64,000 nucleotides of DNA. It comes from Candidatus Dormiibacterota bacterium. GTDB lineage: Bacteria > Acidobacteriota > Terriglobia > Acidiferrales > UBA7541. The notes under the pieces are model-generated. The model saw only the letters and a program-made list of their open reading frames with translations, made no database searches and was not told the origin of the DNA. Numbering within the stretch: position 1 is the stretch's first letter; every line of letters begins with the position of its first letter. The DNA lies in assembly GCA_035603595.1 (NCBI GenBank), contig DATNKB010000353.1, positions 14,856 through 78,855 of the forward strand, written 5' to 3'. This document shows, one piece after another, positions 38,101-45,416 of the stretch. A program made the translations under genes and the position numbers.

Positions 38101-39705
38101 ATCGGAGAGTTCTAAGGAGCCGCATACAGGTGGTTGAGGTGCAACGATAAATTTTCGCCCATCGCCTTCGAGATCCTGGAGTTGAAGTGTCGCTTTGGCA
38201 AGTCCTGTAAAACTGGGCTTCGGAGCAACGACCTTGGCAGGAGTAAATTCGCCCCGGCCCAGATTGCTTTTGTAAAACCAAGCGCCGCCCTGTTCGGCGA
38301 GAATTCCCGAAATCCCTTCGCTCCATAAATCCACGAACTCATAGCCGCGCTCCAAGCCAACCGGAGCGTTTTCGAAATTTGTCCGCGAAACGTCTTGAAC
38401 CGCCGTATTCCAGCTCAGCTCCTGATAGGTAAGCTGAACGGGCGGCAGGCTTGTTTTGTCGTATGTCGTAGCACCAGTCTTCACCCAGCCCGTCAGCCTG
38501 GCCGCAACTGGGTAGTCCACTTCCATGTTGCGAAGATCGGACGAAGTTGCAGAAGAATTGTGAAAATAGCGATAGTCGATATCCAGAGATCGGACTAGGC
38601 AGGCGGCCGGGTCGACGCCATTATTCAATTCTTTGAAGTAGTGGAACGAGAGAATTCGTTGGCACAAGCGGTACGTCCGCACCTCAAACCCTGGCTTGTA
38701 GTTGGAGAATGGATCGAGGCGGCACTTCCAGGGCTGTTGAGTTTCTGGCGTAGGCGCATCCGGATCGTGATCTCCGTAATCGAAAACAAGCTCAAAGAAA
38801 TATGCGGGATTCACAGGGAGCTGGGGATTGAAGGGCTTCGCTGGATCTGCGTGATAGGAATTTTTGTTTCCGTATTTGACGCGTTTCAGGTGGCTGTTTG
38901 CGCCTTGCGCCAAGCTTTGCATGCGATTTGACTCATGCGAGCTGGCTGGGACGTTCTGGAAGTCTTCTGCCGTGTGGAAGTATTCGAGGCAATTGCCCTT
39001 GTCGTCGTAGCTGAGCTCAGGAAGCCATTTGAAAACCCGATCAGGAAATACGGGGTCGGCGATGCGAGCATTCGCTGACATACCGTAAACGGTGACCACA
39101 TTCTCTTTCGACGTGACCTTCCAATAGAACGTGGTCGCACCTGGTGCCGTGATTCGCTCTATTTTTGCGAACGTACCCTCGATTCGAGGGCGGTATCGCT
39201 TTATGAACTCCCCAGTAAGAGCGGGAAACTCGTCCGGGCTCCAGCTGCCGGCGCCGTCGTCCTTTAACGTAGGAACTAAGTCCTCTGCTTCCGATAGGAG
39301 AAAGACGTCGCTTTCTAGCGAATCTCTATACTCCGGCAAACGCTTATCGGTTCGCCGCTGGATCGTGGGATAGTTCAAACTCCAACCGAGGCCGAACACT
39401 CCATTACCCGAGCCAGAGTCGTAGTTCAACGAAAGCGCTGGCGCAAATTCACTCCTGGTTTTGGAGATCGGCAAGGACAGGCTGAGAGAAGCCGTGCCAT
39501 TCGCAGAATTCACGCGGAACTTCTCATCGATCGCCTTGAGCGCCCCGCCGCCCTTGGGAAGCTCAATCTGGGGAATTTTTAGGGCGTCCTGGCCATAAGG
39601 CGAGTCTCTGCGGGAATCAGCGCGGCCAACGGTGTCCGAGCGAGAACCGCCCTCGGTTGCGTTTAAAGAAGTACTTCTGTCTTGTTCTTCCCGAGGATCA
39701 ATCAC
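32200..39705 (-). CDS. fused Tc toxin B and C components (TcB-TcC: SpvB domain, FG-GAP/TcdB-mid region, RHS/YD cocoon, RHS core, C-terminal hypervariable toxin)
   Basis: - SpvB motif: LPKGGGALKAIDEKFRVNSANGTASLSLSLPISKTRSEFAPALSLNYDSGSGNGVFGLGWSL.
- FG-GAP-like: DLDGDGRLDIAVSEDNVFTWY.
- Many YD/RHS repeats (YDAARRPIE, YKYDPETFR, YTFDPIGN, YDFDFAGNM).
- RHS core: RYRYTGKERDEESGFYYHGARYYAPWLARWLSVDPIG...NLYTYAGNSPIVLHDPNG.
- The GTG start at 39705 is preceded by GGGAGGG. Confidence 0.95.
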   Translation of the reverse strand: MIDPREEQDRSTSLNATEGGSRSDTVGRADSRRDSPYGQDALKIPQIELPKGGGALKAIDEKFRVNSANGTASLSLSLPISKTRSEFAPALSLNYDSGSGNGVFGLGWSLNYPTIQRRTDKRLPEYRDSLESDVFLLSEAEDLVPTLKDDGAGSWSPDEFPALTGEFIKRYRPRIEGTFAKIERITAPGATTFYWKVTSKENVVTVYGMSANARIADPVFPDRVFKWLPELSYDDKGNCLEYFHTAEDFQNVPASSHESNRMQSLAQGANSHLKRVKYGNKNSYHADPAKPFNPQLPVNPAYFFELVFDYGDHDPDAPTPETQQPWKCRLDPFSNYKPGFEVRTYRLCQRILSFHYFKELNNGVDPAACLVRSLDIDYRYFHNSSATSSDLRNMEVDYPVAARLTGWVKTGATTYDKTSLPPVQLTYQELSWNTAVQDVSRTNFENAPVGLERGYEFVDLWSEGISGILAEQGGAWFYKSNLGRGEFTPAKVVAPKPSFTGLAKATLQLQDLEGDGRKFIVAPQPPVCGSLELSDAGEWQPFRSFRNIPNVDLNDGFTKFIDLDGDGRLDIAVSEDNVFTWYASDGVDGYEGPERAPKPFDEEKGPALVFSDPAGSIFLANMSGSGLTDIVRIRNGEVCYWPNLGFGHFGPKVSMDFAPVFDCPDLFNPAYLHLADVSGTGATDVLYLGKGSFRAWLNQSGNSWSQEKDIDPFPTTELPNALSVTDFLGNGTASLVWSSSLPTYKTAPMRYVDLMDGKKPYLLSGYKTPSGKEIALEYKSSTFFYLADKAAGKPWITKLPFPVHCLTKLSSRDSVTRSYLTSEYTYHHGYYDHAEREYRGFGRVEQTDSETFDDFVKSGASDAVNQPLHQAPVLTRTWFHTGAFFGEDDILARFQSEYFQNTDIPEHHLPSPIVPSPLSPQEMREAQRSSKSMMIRQEVYGLDNVPGVSTTPYSVAERNCRIQRIQPTGSNRYGVFLVTECESISYSYERNSKDPRTAHTLNEVIDPFGNILESASVSYPRIPGTPGLPLAVGTEQQKLQILYSVTSYTNDVTTDTDYRLRQRCQSATFEVTGSPPAATFYALGELRSAFATSTPINYEDTPNGSSQKRALKLWRQLFLKHDLSGPLPLTQMNSLGLPYEAYRLTFTGTLLSNLFGTRITPALLSEGAYRRSANLKTSGLFPASDSDDQWWIHPGHANYPPGAANLFYLPDSFTDPFGNPTTIAYFADYQLLVQAVTDAAGNTTSVEEFEFRTLLPRLVKDPNANISEARFDALGFVVGTVLRGKGTEADDFTGFVPDLTSTQVANFFSDPVGNGPTLLQHATSRFVYDFSVLPNRVGTIKRETHFQTAVTNGTASKLQYGFEYSDGFGNVAMRKIQAEPGVARALDSSNNLIQIDTTPKLRWIGNGRTVLNNKGNPVKQYEPYFSATYDYEDDPQLVEIGVTPVLFYDPPGRNVRTEYPDGTFSKTDIQGWVTTTYDRNDTVADSDWYARRTTGPLAANFQENQAAQKTALHNNTPAVKHSDCLGRPFYSVAHNKFVDHSTLALTELFYETYSQLDVEGKTRAIVDPRGNAVVSYDYDMLGNQDHIVSMDAGERRIFNDVSGQPLYSFDSKNQTFHTVYDAARRPIEATVAKGAATPIVFDRITYGEGQVSDQTLNLRARIFEHRDQAGVLTNESFDFKGNLTQSKRALTVDYKNDIDWNVPPPLQPDVFTTQSEFDAFNRLIRLVTPNSNTANANVLLPEYNETGLLQKVSAQIRGSVHTTPFVTNVDYNEKLQRARIDYANGASTVYKYDPETFRMIALVTARNADPELFWNDKSKINQPAFVGKVLQYLTYTFDPIGNITYIKDEAQQPVFYNNRRVEPSSDYTYDAVYWLVQSLGREQINGGSTPGPFDDPRMRNPQPGDGNQLQTYTLQYDFDFAGNMLRMRSVGSWSMGLTYRPTNNQMLTSVPGGASGTPFSYPYDAHGNTTSMPHLTTLDWDFRDRLRHTAVSASGSVSQESWYVYDAAGQRIRKVVAKGNITEERFYFGSIEIFQRRRSGTLDLERETLHVTDDKRRMAMVDTPTVKASGSRETQLIRYQYSNHLETACLELDDSAQIISYEEYYAFGSTSYQGTDQTREVPAKRYRYTGKERDEESGFYYHGARYYAPWLARWLSVDPIGVKGGINLYTYAGNSPIVLHDPNGTDPKEPKKQEDAPVPFTPPTIADFKKDQPSQQTITWGGRSVDVFFIPGTSDKTILIVGGVHQDEKNALKLSHELLTTLQAQKEKPLYNIVFVPDLFHGREYAGDHADIEGIPTNRNFPAPDQPITSHVNRQGVPRDTQNRRILPENVILISLVEKLHPALSLSIHSHSPVSQAKAATKGAASITVDPKPGISEYDSKLSNQQVADFLSTEGALAANKAGVPVPGNFVDQTNETARTRYPNDTATAEPGITFGDWGSHRGGMNQFLIETLGYKGPNNFSGWIPIIQSTLLSDPRDVAAASLARKWSPVWESVKKAYGF
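32203..33150 (-). other. TcC hypervariable (cargo) region, about 316 aa, M14-type zinc carboxypeptidase / MpaA-AstE-like fold
   Basis: The region lies downstream of the RHS core end (HDPNGT). It contains GGVHQDE (32962-32982; the HxxE zinc ligands), TNRNFP (32800-32817; the N-R substrate-binding pair), SIHSHS (third zinc His near 32659-32661) and FLIETLG (candidate catalytic Glu near 32353-32355). Order and spacing follow the M14 metallocarboxypeptidase pattern. Confidence 0.6.
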
Positions 39706-40257
39706 TTTCCCTCCCAGTACGGACTGAGAAAGGATACTGGGTCGTTGAAAGGTTCTGGCTCGGACGAGCGAAATCTTGGGATCGTCGCGAACTACGTACC
39801 ACAGAGTTTTTGCAGAACCGGCGCAAGGTACGACCGACCGTTCGATCGATTAATACCAGCCGCTTCATATAGCTGCCTAGCAGCTGTATTGTCAGATAGT
39901 GCGTCTCGACTGCGTTTCGTTTCAGCCACTCAACTAAGATCCAAGCACCAAGTCTCTTGCCATGGCGAAGCGCCGGGTTGAAGAGAAAGCAAACGAAAAA
40001 CCGAATTGACCGCTTCGCAGGCCTAGAGCCAACGAAGCAGGCCTAGGCCTTAAGCCAGACTCCGCGCGGAGAAGAATTAGGAGGGCCTTGCGAGGGGACG
40101 GGAGGAGCAGGGTTTGGCAAAAATTACCCTAATCACCCGGGCTTGAGAGGGACGCTGTGGCAGAAATGTGTCAAAACCCTATCTGTTGCGAGCGCTTGGG
40201 ATAGCTTTTTGAGCGAAAAGCAGATGCTCCAAGTTATTGGAAATAAACGAAAATCGA

Positions 40258-40413
40258 AGGAAGCGATAGAGGCTCCGGAATTATCTCGCGAGCTTGCAAA
40301 GCAGGTGCTCTCCCAGCTGAGGTACACGCCCGCAGTCGCAGCTTAATGAAACGCAAAGGAAGCGATAAAGGGATTGGAATTGTCTCGGCGGCTAGCAATG
40401 CTGACGTGCTCCA
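40258..40413 (+). repeat. two imperfect direct repeats with 99-bp period (aaggaagcgata...ggaatt.tctcg...gtgctcc)
   Basis: Copy 1 starts at 40258 and copy 2 at 40357. In one reading frame they give SKEAIEAPELSRELAKQVLSQL and AKEAIKGLELSRRLAMLTCSNS, separated by TAA TGA. This looks like a relic of a 33-aa repeat coding sequence or paired regulatory sites. Confidence 0.6.
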
Positions 40414-40609
40414 ACTCGAAGCCAATCCGCCCCCCTGCCCCGAATTGAAACGAAACCTCCTTTTCCATCACTACCGTAAAGACTGTCCTCCGGAGTGAAG
40501 CTTGATTCGAGTGGCTGACGCGAGTTACCTCGAAGCCGACGGGGGGCATCGACAAAGCTAGGACTATCTATTAAGGAGAAATCTCACAGTATTCCCGGAA
40601 GGAGGAAGT

Positions 40610-41488
40610 ATGGCTTTGCATATCACCATCGACATTTTCAGCGGCAGGCCCAATCCTGTTATCGACGTCAGCGGCAAGGAAGCAAGCAGGATTCTGGAGC
40701 GCGTGAAGCCATCCCAACGTTTGAGACCCGGCGACATGGGAGCACCCGAGGAGCTCGTTCTCGGCTATCGAGGGATCATCATTGAGCAGGTCGGAACTAT
40801 CAGCCGCGGCCTGCCGAAGGTCTTCCGTGTGGCCGCTGGTTCGATTTACGGTCCGAAACTCTTCCATAGCATCGCCGATCCCGATTTCGAGGGAGATTTT
40901 TCGAGCGCCCGCGGCCTCGCGGCTCGCTTCAAGGGCGTTAGTGGATTCCCCGCCATCCTGAAGGAGGAAATCGATCGCCTCCACCAAATCCGCGAACATC
41001 ACAAGCACCATCATCATCGCTGGGCCGGCAAGGAGCGTTGCCATTGCGCGCCTCTCTATGAGCCCGCCTGGTGGAATGATGCCGGGCAAAAACAATTCAA
41101 TAACAATTGCTATAACTATGCTACGAATTACAGGACCGACACTTTTGCGCAACCGGGCCGTGCAAACGCCGCGATGTACACGTCTCTGAGTTGCGCCTCG
41201 GTTCGTCCGGCGGCGGTAGCTGATGATCTGATTTCTGCTCCCGGCGCGAACAACAAATGCCCCAAGGAAGGCCATCTTGTGGCGCTCGTGATTTGGCCTG
41301 GCGTGGACTTCCACTGGTATCGCAAGGGGCGCAACGGTTACTGGTCGCATAAACCGGGAGCGACTCCCGTCCGGAGCGTGGACAATAGCAACCATCTAAT
41401 CCCCGACCCTCGCACCGCGAATCGCGGCGGATACACGGTATTTTGCACCTTTATGGTGGTCATGCATGGCCACATCAAAATCAATTGA
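40610..41488 (+). CDS. two-domain protein: N-terminal about 100-aa domain plus C-terminal papain-fold (Cys-His) peptidase/amidase-like domain
   Basis: A strong RBS (GGAAGGAGGAAGT) precedes the ATG. The candidate catalytic Cys is in FNNNCYNYA (codon 167, nt 41108-41110). The candidate His is in PGVDFHWYRKGRNGYWSHKPG. A His-rich linker EHHKHHHHR joins the domains. The family name is not certain. Confidence 0.75.
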   Translation: MALHITIDIFSGRPNPVIDVSGKEASRILERVKPSQRLRPGDMGAPEELVLGYRGIIIEQVGTISRGLPKVFRVAAGSIYGPKLFHSIADPDFEGDFSSARGLAARFKGVSGFPAILKEEIDRLHQIREHHKHHHHRWAGKERCHCAPLYEPAWWNDAGQKQFNNNCYNYATNYRTDTFAQPGRANAAMYTSLSCASVRPAAVADDLISAPGANNKCPKEGHLVALVIWPGVDFHWYRKGRNGYWSHKPGATPVRSVDNSNHLIPDPRTANRGGYTVFCTFMVVMHGHIKIN

Positions 41489-41828
41489 GTGCTGCACTGC
41501 AACGGCGACCATCTACTCCGGTCGGCCTGACCCGTCGTGGCGTCTAACCAAAGCTTTGGTCCAACAACTTGAGAATATCTGGAAGAGGCTGGGCCCTTCC
41601 GCCGGCGCGCTGCCTGTTGCGCCTGCTCTCGGCTATCGGGGCTGTTCCGTAAATTGCGGACCGCGCGGAATCTGGATCTCCTTCGCGGGAGTCGTCTCGC
41701 GCGGCAAGGAGAATCGTGCCGATCCCGGCCATCAGTTCGAGCGCGCCGTCCTGAACTCCGCACCGAAAGGCGTGATACCCGCGGCAGTGCTTCGAACGAT
41801 CGAATATAGAGAGCACTTGAGTGACTAA
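41466..41828 (+). CDS. 120-aa protein paralogous to the N-terminal domain of the preceding gene
   Basis: It overlaps the upstream gene by 23 nt. ATIYSGRPDPSWRL...LGYRGCSVN parallels ITIDIFSGRPNPVIDV...LGYRGIIIE in ORF 40610. Confidence 0.6.
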   Translation: MATSKSIECCTATATIYSGRPDPSWRLTKALVQQLENIWKRLGPSAGALPVAPALGYRGCSVNCGPRGIWISFAGVVSRGKENRADPGHQFERAVLNSAPKGVIPAAVLRTIEYREHLSD

Positions 41829-41944
41829 TCGTGCCTCCGCCGCGGCCTTTGCGGGCACGGCACTCCGTCATCGGGCAAAAAAGCGGTCTTGCGCGAGTGA
41901 CCTGACCGGAGGTTTTTGTACCGGGTGAAGTAAGAGAGAATTCA

Positions 41945-42045
41945 CCTGGGAGGAAGACCGGTCAGGTCATCGAGAACAGCTATATCGAGAGCTTCAATGG
42001 GCGACTGCGAGACGAATGTTTGAACGTCGAAGTGTTTCTCGAAGC
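41945..42045 (+). mobile_element. C-terminal fragment of an IS3-family transposase (OrfB end)
   Basis: The + strand translation SPGRKTGQVIENSYIESFNGRLRDECLNVEVFLEA contains the hallmark YIESFNGRLRDECLN motif of the IS3-family integrase-core C-terminus. No upstream catalytic region is present, and homology breaks after FLEA. Confidence 0.6.
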
Positions 42046-42060
42046 GTGTCGTCAGCGAGA

Positions 42061-42271
42061 TCAATCGCAAACCCAGTGTGGTGTTGGCTAATCCCGGAGC
42101 TGCGTTAGCCGTCAGAATTTCTGTTATTGACCGCCCGGCATCGAGTTTATTTTTGATAATCTCTTGTTGCCTTCTGACGCTTCGAAAACCTGACACTGCA
42201 ATCAGACTAACACCATCATATTTTGCGCTAGATCGCATTCTCTCCCAAGTCTCTGTGGCACCACTTTTCAC
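42061..42271 (-). pseudogene. truncated, decayed VanY/M15-type D,D-carboxypeptidase fragment
   Basis: DGVSLIAVSGFRSVRRQQEII...AAPGLANTTLGLRLIS follows the SGxRSxxxQ...PGxSxHxxGxAxD pattern. The Ser and His positions of PGxSxH are replaced (LANTTL). The 3' end of the ORF runs into the IS3 fragment. Confidence 0.45.
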
Positions 42272-42649
42272 ACTGGCAGGAAGTAGTGCTATTCGTGAGT
42301 AGCAATCTTCTGCTACTCACATCACTGCTTTGCCATTTGATCTACCGGTTGCACCTGGCGAATATGGTTTGGGATCTTGCTGTACCTCCGCCCCCGCCGG
42401 CGCCGCCCGCGATCCCGCCGCCGTTTGCTCCGCGCCTTCCAGACATTCGCGACAGCTATGTTGAATTCCCGTTCAACGCGCAATGGTCACTTTTCTTCCT
42501 GGCACTGCTCCCCGGGTTGTGCACAATCGTGACCGTGAAAGTCCTCGGAGGTTCGTCATGATGCAGCGAGACTTGGGATTCTTCGAGGTGTCGCCATTAC
42601 CGCTCGGCGTGCGTTACCAGCAACGAGTCCGGCAACGCTCCAGCGAGAT

Positions 42650-43343
42650 GTGCTGAATTTGAGCTCGGTCTGGAATCCCACGCCGGGAACTCAAGGCGCA
42701 TCGGAGGTGGAAGACAGAGCCTCCCTCGCTGTTTCTCGGCTCGAGTTGCGTGAAAAGGACCCGGTCCGCGCGCTCGATCCGAACGCACTCACTATTTCCT
42801 TGGCTTCGGTTCGAAGCCAGACCCCGGCGCTCAAAGTAGCTCGGGCCGCCGCACTCGCCGCGGATCAACGCTTTGATAACGATTCATTGGCTTTGCTATT
42901 CGGTGGCTCTCAGACCGGCCTCTCTGTCGTGAAACCAGGGTTCAGTGAAAAATTGCTGCGGAGCGACCTCGACAATATTAAAGCGATTGTCCCCTCCTTT
43001 GATGAGATATGCGCGAAACACGGGAGCGTCTTACGACGGAGTCGCGGAGTTGATTGCGCACGAGTATGTTACCTTCCGGCTCAGCAACCGGGGAGCGGCA
43101 TTGCGTTTTGTTTCCGGCAGATTCGGGACCGGCGGCCGCTTCGGTTGGCTCGATGTCAACACCGATCCTACGCCCGCTGACGTTTTTGTCGATGGCAGTT
43201 TGATGGGGACAAGCCCGGTCCCCCAACTGGTTGCAACGGCAGGCACCCATTCGGTCGAAGGGAAAAAAGGTGGTCTCAAGGCGCAGGTCACCACCACGGT
43301 GCCAGCCGTTCAGAGGATTTCGGTTGATCTAACGCTCGCCTAA
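42650..43343 (+). pseudogene. PEGA-domain protein, apparently frameshifted
   Basis: The C-terminal frame (from 42945) ends with a PEGA-type domain (GWLDVNTDPTPADVFVDGSLMGTSPVPQLVATAGTHSVEGKKGG). The upstream part of the protein continues in a different frame (ORF 42650..43180). The switch is near 43020-43040. Confidence 0.5.
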
Positions 43344-43898
43344 GATAAATGCGAGATGAGTCACGCCAGACGACTACAAGCGCCGACGGCGGCCTACTTC
43401 GCCTCTTTCACCGTCAAAGAAGACAATCCACACGTTGGCGGTGATTCGAACCGTGAGAGCGGGCCAACCTTCCGGAAACGACATCGAAGGACGAAGGCTC
43501 AGCGGCGCAAAGTGAACCTGGACTTGATTGCCTGAAACTTAGACGGCCGCTCGATCTTATTCCTCACTCTATAATTACAAGTACAGTTAACGTGATATAC
43601 TCCGCCCACGAGGTAGAGATGCGTTGCGCGGTTCGCCTGATTTGCATTCTCGTTCTGACCGTTGGCAGACCTCAATAGCTATGTCGGAGTTGACTTTGAC
43701 CAGACCCAGTTCGCGAGGACACGGGTTTCACTTCGAGCCGATGGGTTATCTCGAGTCACAGGCGTATTTCCGTGAAACGGTTTGCTTGGAGCATGCACTA
43801 CCTCTATGTCCGTTCGATATCGCTTCGTTTGTGAGCTAAATGGAATGGGCTTCAAGATGAACCAGATTGCTAAATCGTAAGAGGCAGGGTGGGCGAAG

Positions 43899-45152
43899 AT
43901 GTCAGTCGGACTCGATAAGTTGAAACACATCGTCGTTCTGATGATGGAAAATCGATCTTTCGACCACATGCTGGGCGGACTCAGCCTGGTTATGGAAAAT
44001 GGTCAGAGGAAATATCCTCAGATTAATGGGCTCACCGGGAACGAATCGAATCCCGACACGACGGGAAACGTGATCAAAGTCCAGCCCACCGCGAAATTTC
44101 AGAGCCAGCTCGATCCCGACCCCGACCACCACTTCCCAGGAGTCGATCTGCAAATCTATGGCGGTACGCCCCCGGGCCCAGGGCGCGTCGCCAACATGCA
44201 GGGATTCATCAAGGACTACTTCACCCAGACGAACAATGTCAATCGATCTCACAACATCATGAACTACTTCACACCGGACAAACTACCGGTGCTGACGACG
44301 CTGGCGACACAATTTGCGGTTTTCAACGGCTGGTTTTCTTCGATTCCAGGGCCAACGATTTGCAATCGGGCGTTCGCGCATTACGGAACATCCTTTGGTC
44401 AGGTGGGTATGGACATTTTCTACATCTTGGACCCGATCCTAAGCATATACGAGCGGATGATTCAGGGTGGCCACACCAGCAAGATTTACTATTACGACCA
44501 ACAAAGCTCAACGATGGAGATTGTGAATCTGCTGAAAAACCAGCCGCAGATATTCGGCAGCTACAGCCAGTTCATTGCGGATTGTGAAAAGAACGCCCTT
44601 CCCGAATACAGCTTCATCGAACCTTGCTACAACGATCACCCCGGTCCTGGCGGTGGAGAGATTCTGGCTTCCGATCAGCATCCCGACCACAACGTGCAGG
44701 AAGGGGAGAGATTCATCGCCAATACCTACAATGCGATTCGGACCTACCCGGAACTCTGGGACAGCACAGTCTTACTGGTTGTTTACGACGAGCACGGCGG
44801 AATCTACGATCACGTCGCGCCCCCTACATGTATCTCAGACGGTTATTCCGCAAATCCGGACGCCACCGGAACTGGAGTCGCTTTTGACTTCGACCGCCTC
44901 GGTGTGCGGGTGCCCGCGATCCTTGTCTCGCCCTACATTGCCAGGGGAACCGTGGTGCCTGGCACCGAGGATCCCAGCGGCGGGCGCATCTTCGAGCACG
45001 CATCGATTCCAGGCACGGTGACAGATTTCTTTTTAGCGGGCGATGCGAAACGCACGGTCCGCGAAAAGAATGCCAGGATGTTTTTAGACCTGCTGTCCGA
45101 CCTGAGGCGCCCCGATTCCGACGTTCCCTATTTTAATTTAGGAGGGAGCTGA
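43899..45152 (+). CDS. phosphoesterase family enzyme (non-haemolytic phospholipase C / acid phosphatase AcpA family), 417 aa, no signal peptide
   Basis: The N-terminal signature LKHIVVLMMENRSFDHMLGG sits right at the start. Further family-like motifs are QHPDHNVQEGERFI, LVVYDEHGGIYDHV and GVRVPAILVSPY. Confidence 0.85.
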   Translation: MSVGLDKLKHIVVLMMENRSFDHMLGGLSLVMENGQRKYPQINGLTGNESNPDTTGNVIKVQPTAKFQSQLDPDPDHHFPGVDLQIYGGTPPGPGRVANMQGFIKDYFTQTNNVNRSHNIMNYFTPDKLPVLTTLATQFAVFNGWFSSIPGPTICNRAFAHYGTSFGQVGMDIFYILDPILSIYERMIQGGHTSKIYYYDQQSSTMEIVNLLKNQPQIFGSYSQFIADCEKNALPEYSFIEPCYNDHPGPGGGEILASDQHPDHNVQEGERFIANTYNAIRTYPELWDSTVLLVVYDEHGGIYDHVAPPTCISDGYSANPDATGTGVAFDFDRLGVRVPAILVSPYIARGTVVPGTEDPSGGRIFEHASIPGTVTDFFLAGDAKRTVREKNARMFLDLLSDLRRPDSDVPYFNLGGS

Positions 45153-45406
45153 TGGCCGAGTATCCCAATGTAATCCCGGTGCCGAAGCCCGAGCTCGGCT
45201 CCTACAATAAGAACCGCCCTGCCGGGAAGCTTCTGCAGTCTCAAACGCTGCATCTCCGCGAGGCTCTAATACAGCATTTGCAGGAACTTGTAGCCGTCCT
45301 CGCTATCGACCCGCGTTCCTTAAAAACCGAAGGCGACATCAGTTCGTACGTCGAGAGGGCCACCGCGATCCTAGACACGCACGTCGCGAACCCAAAAGCG
45401 AAGTGA
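45152..45406 (+). CDS. 84-aa protein, hypothetical, coupled to the phospholipase gene
   Basis: The ATG at 45152 overlaps the upstream TGA by 1 nt (TGATG). Confidence 0.55.
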   Translation: MAEYPNVIPVPKPELGSYNKNRPAGKLLQSQTLHLREALIQHLQELVAVLAIDPRSLKTEGDISSYVERATAILDTHVANPKAK

Positions 45407-45416
45407 AGGAGGGCCG

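Noticed and set aside
40571-41871. Minus-strand ORFs 40571..41395 (274 aa) and 41338..41871 (177 aa).
   Set aside because: They are antisense to the papain-fold gene and its paralogous partner, which have a strong RBS, recognisable motifs and internal paralogy. The antisense products are Arg-rich and low-complexity.
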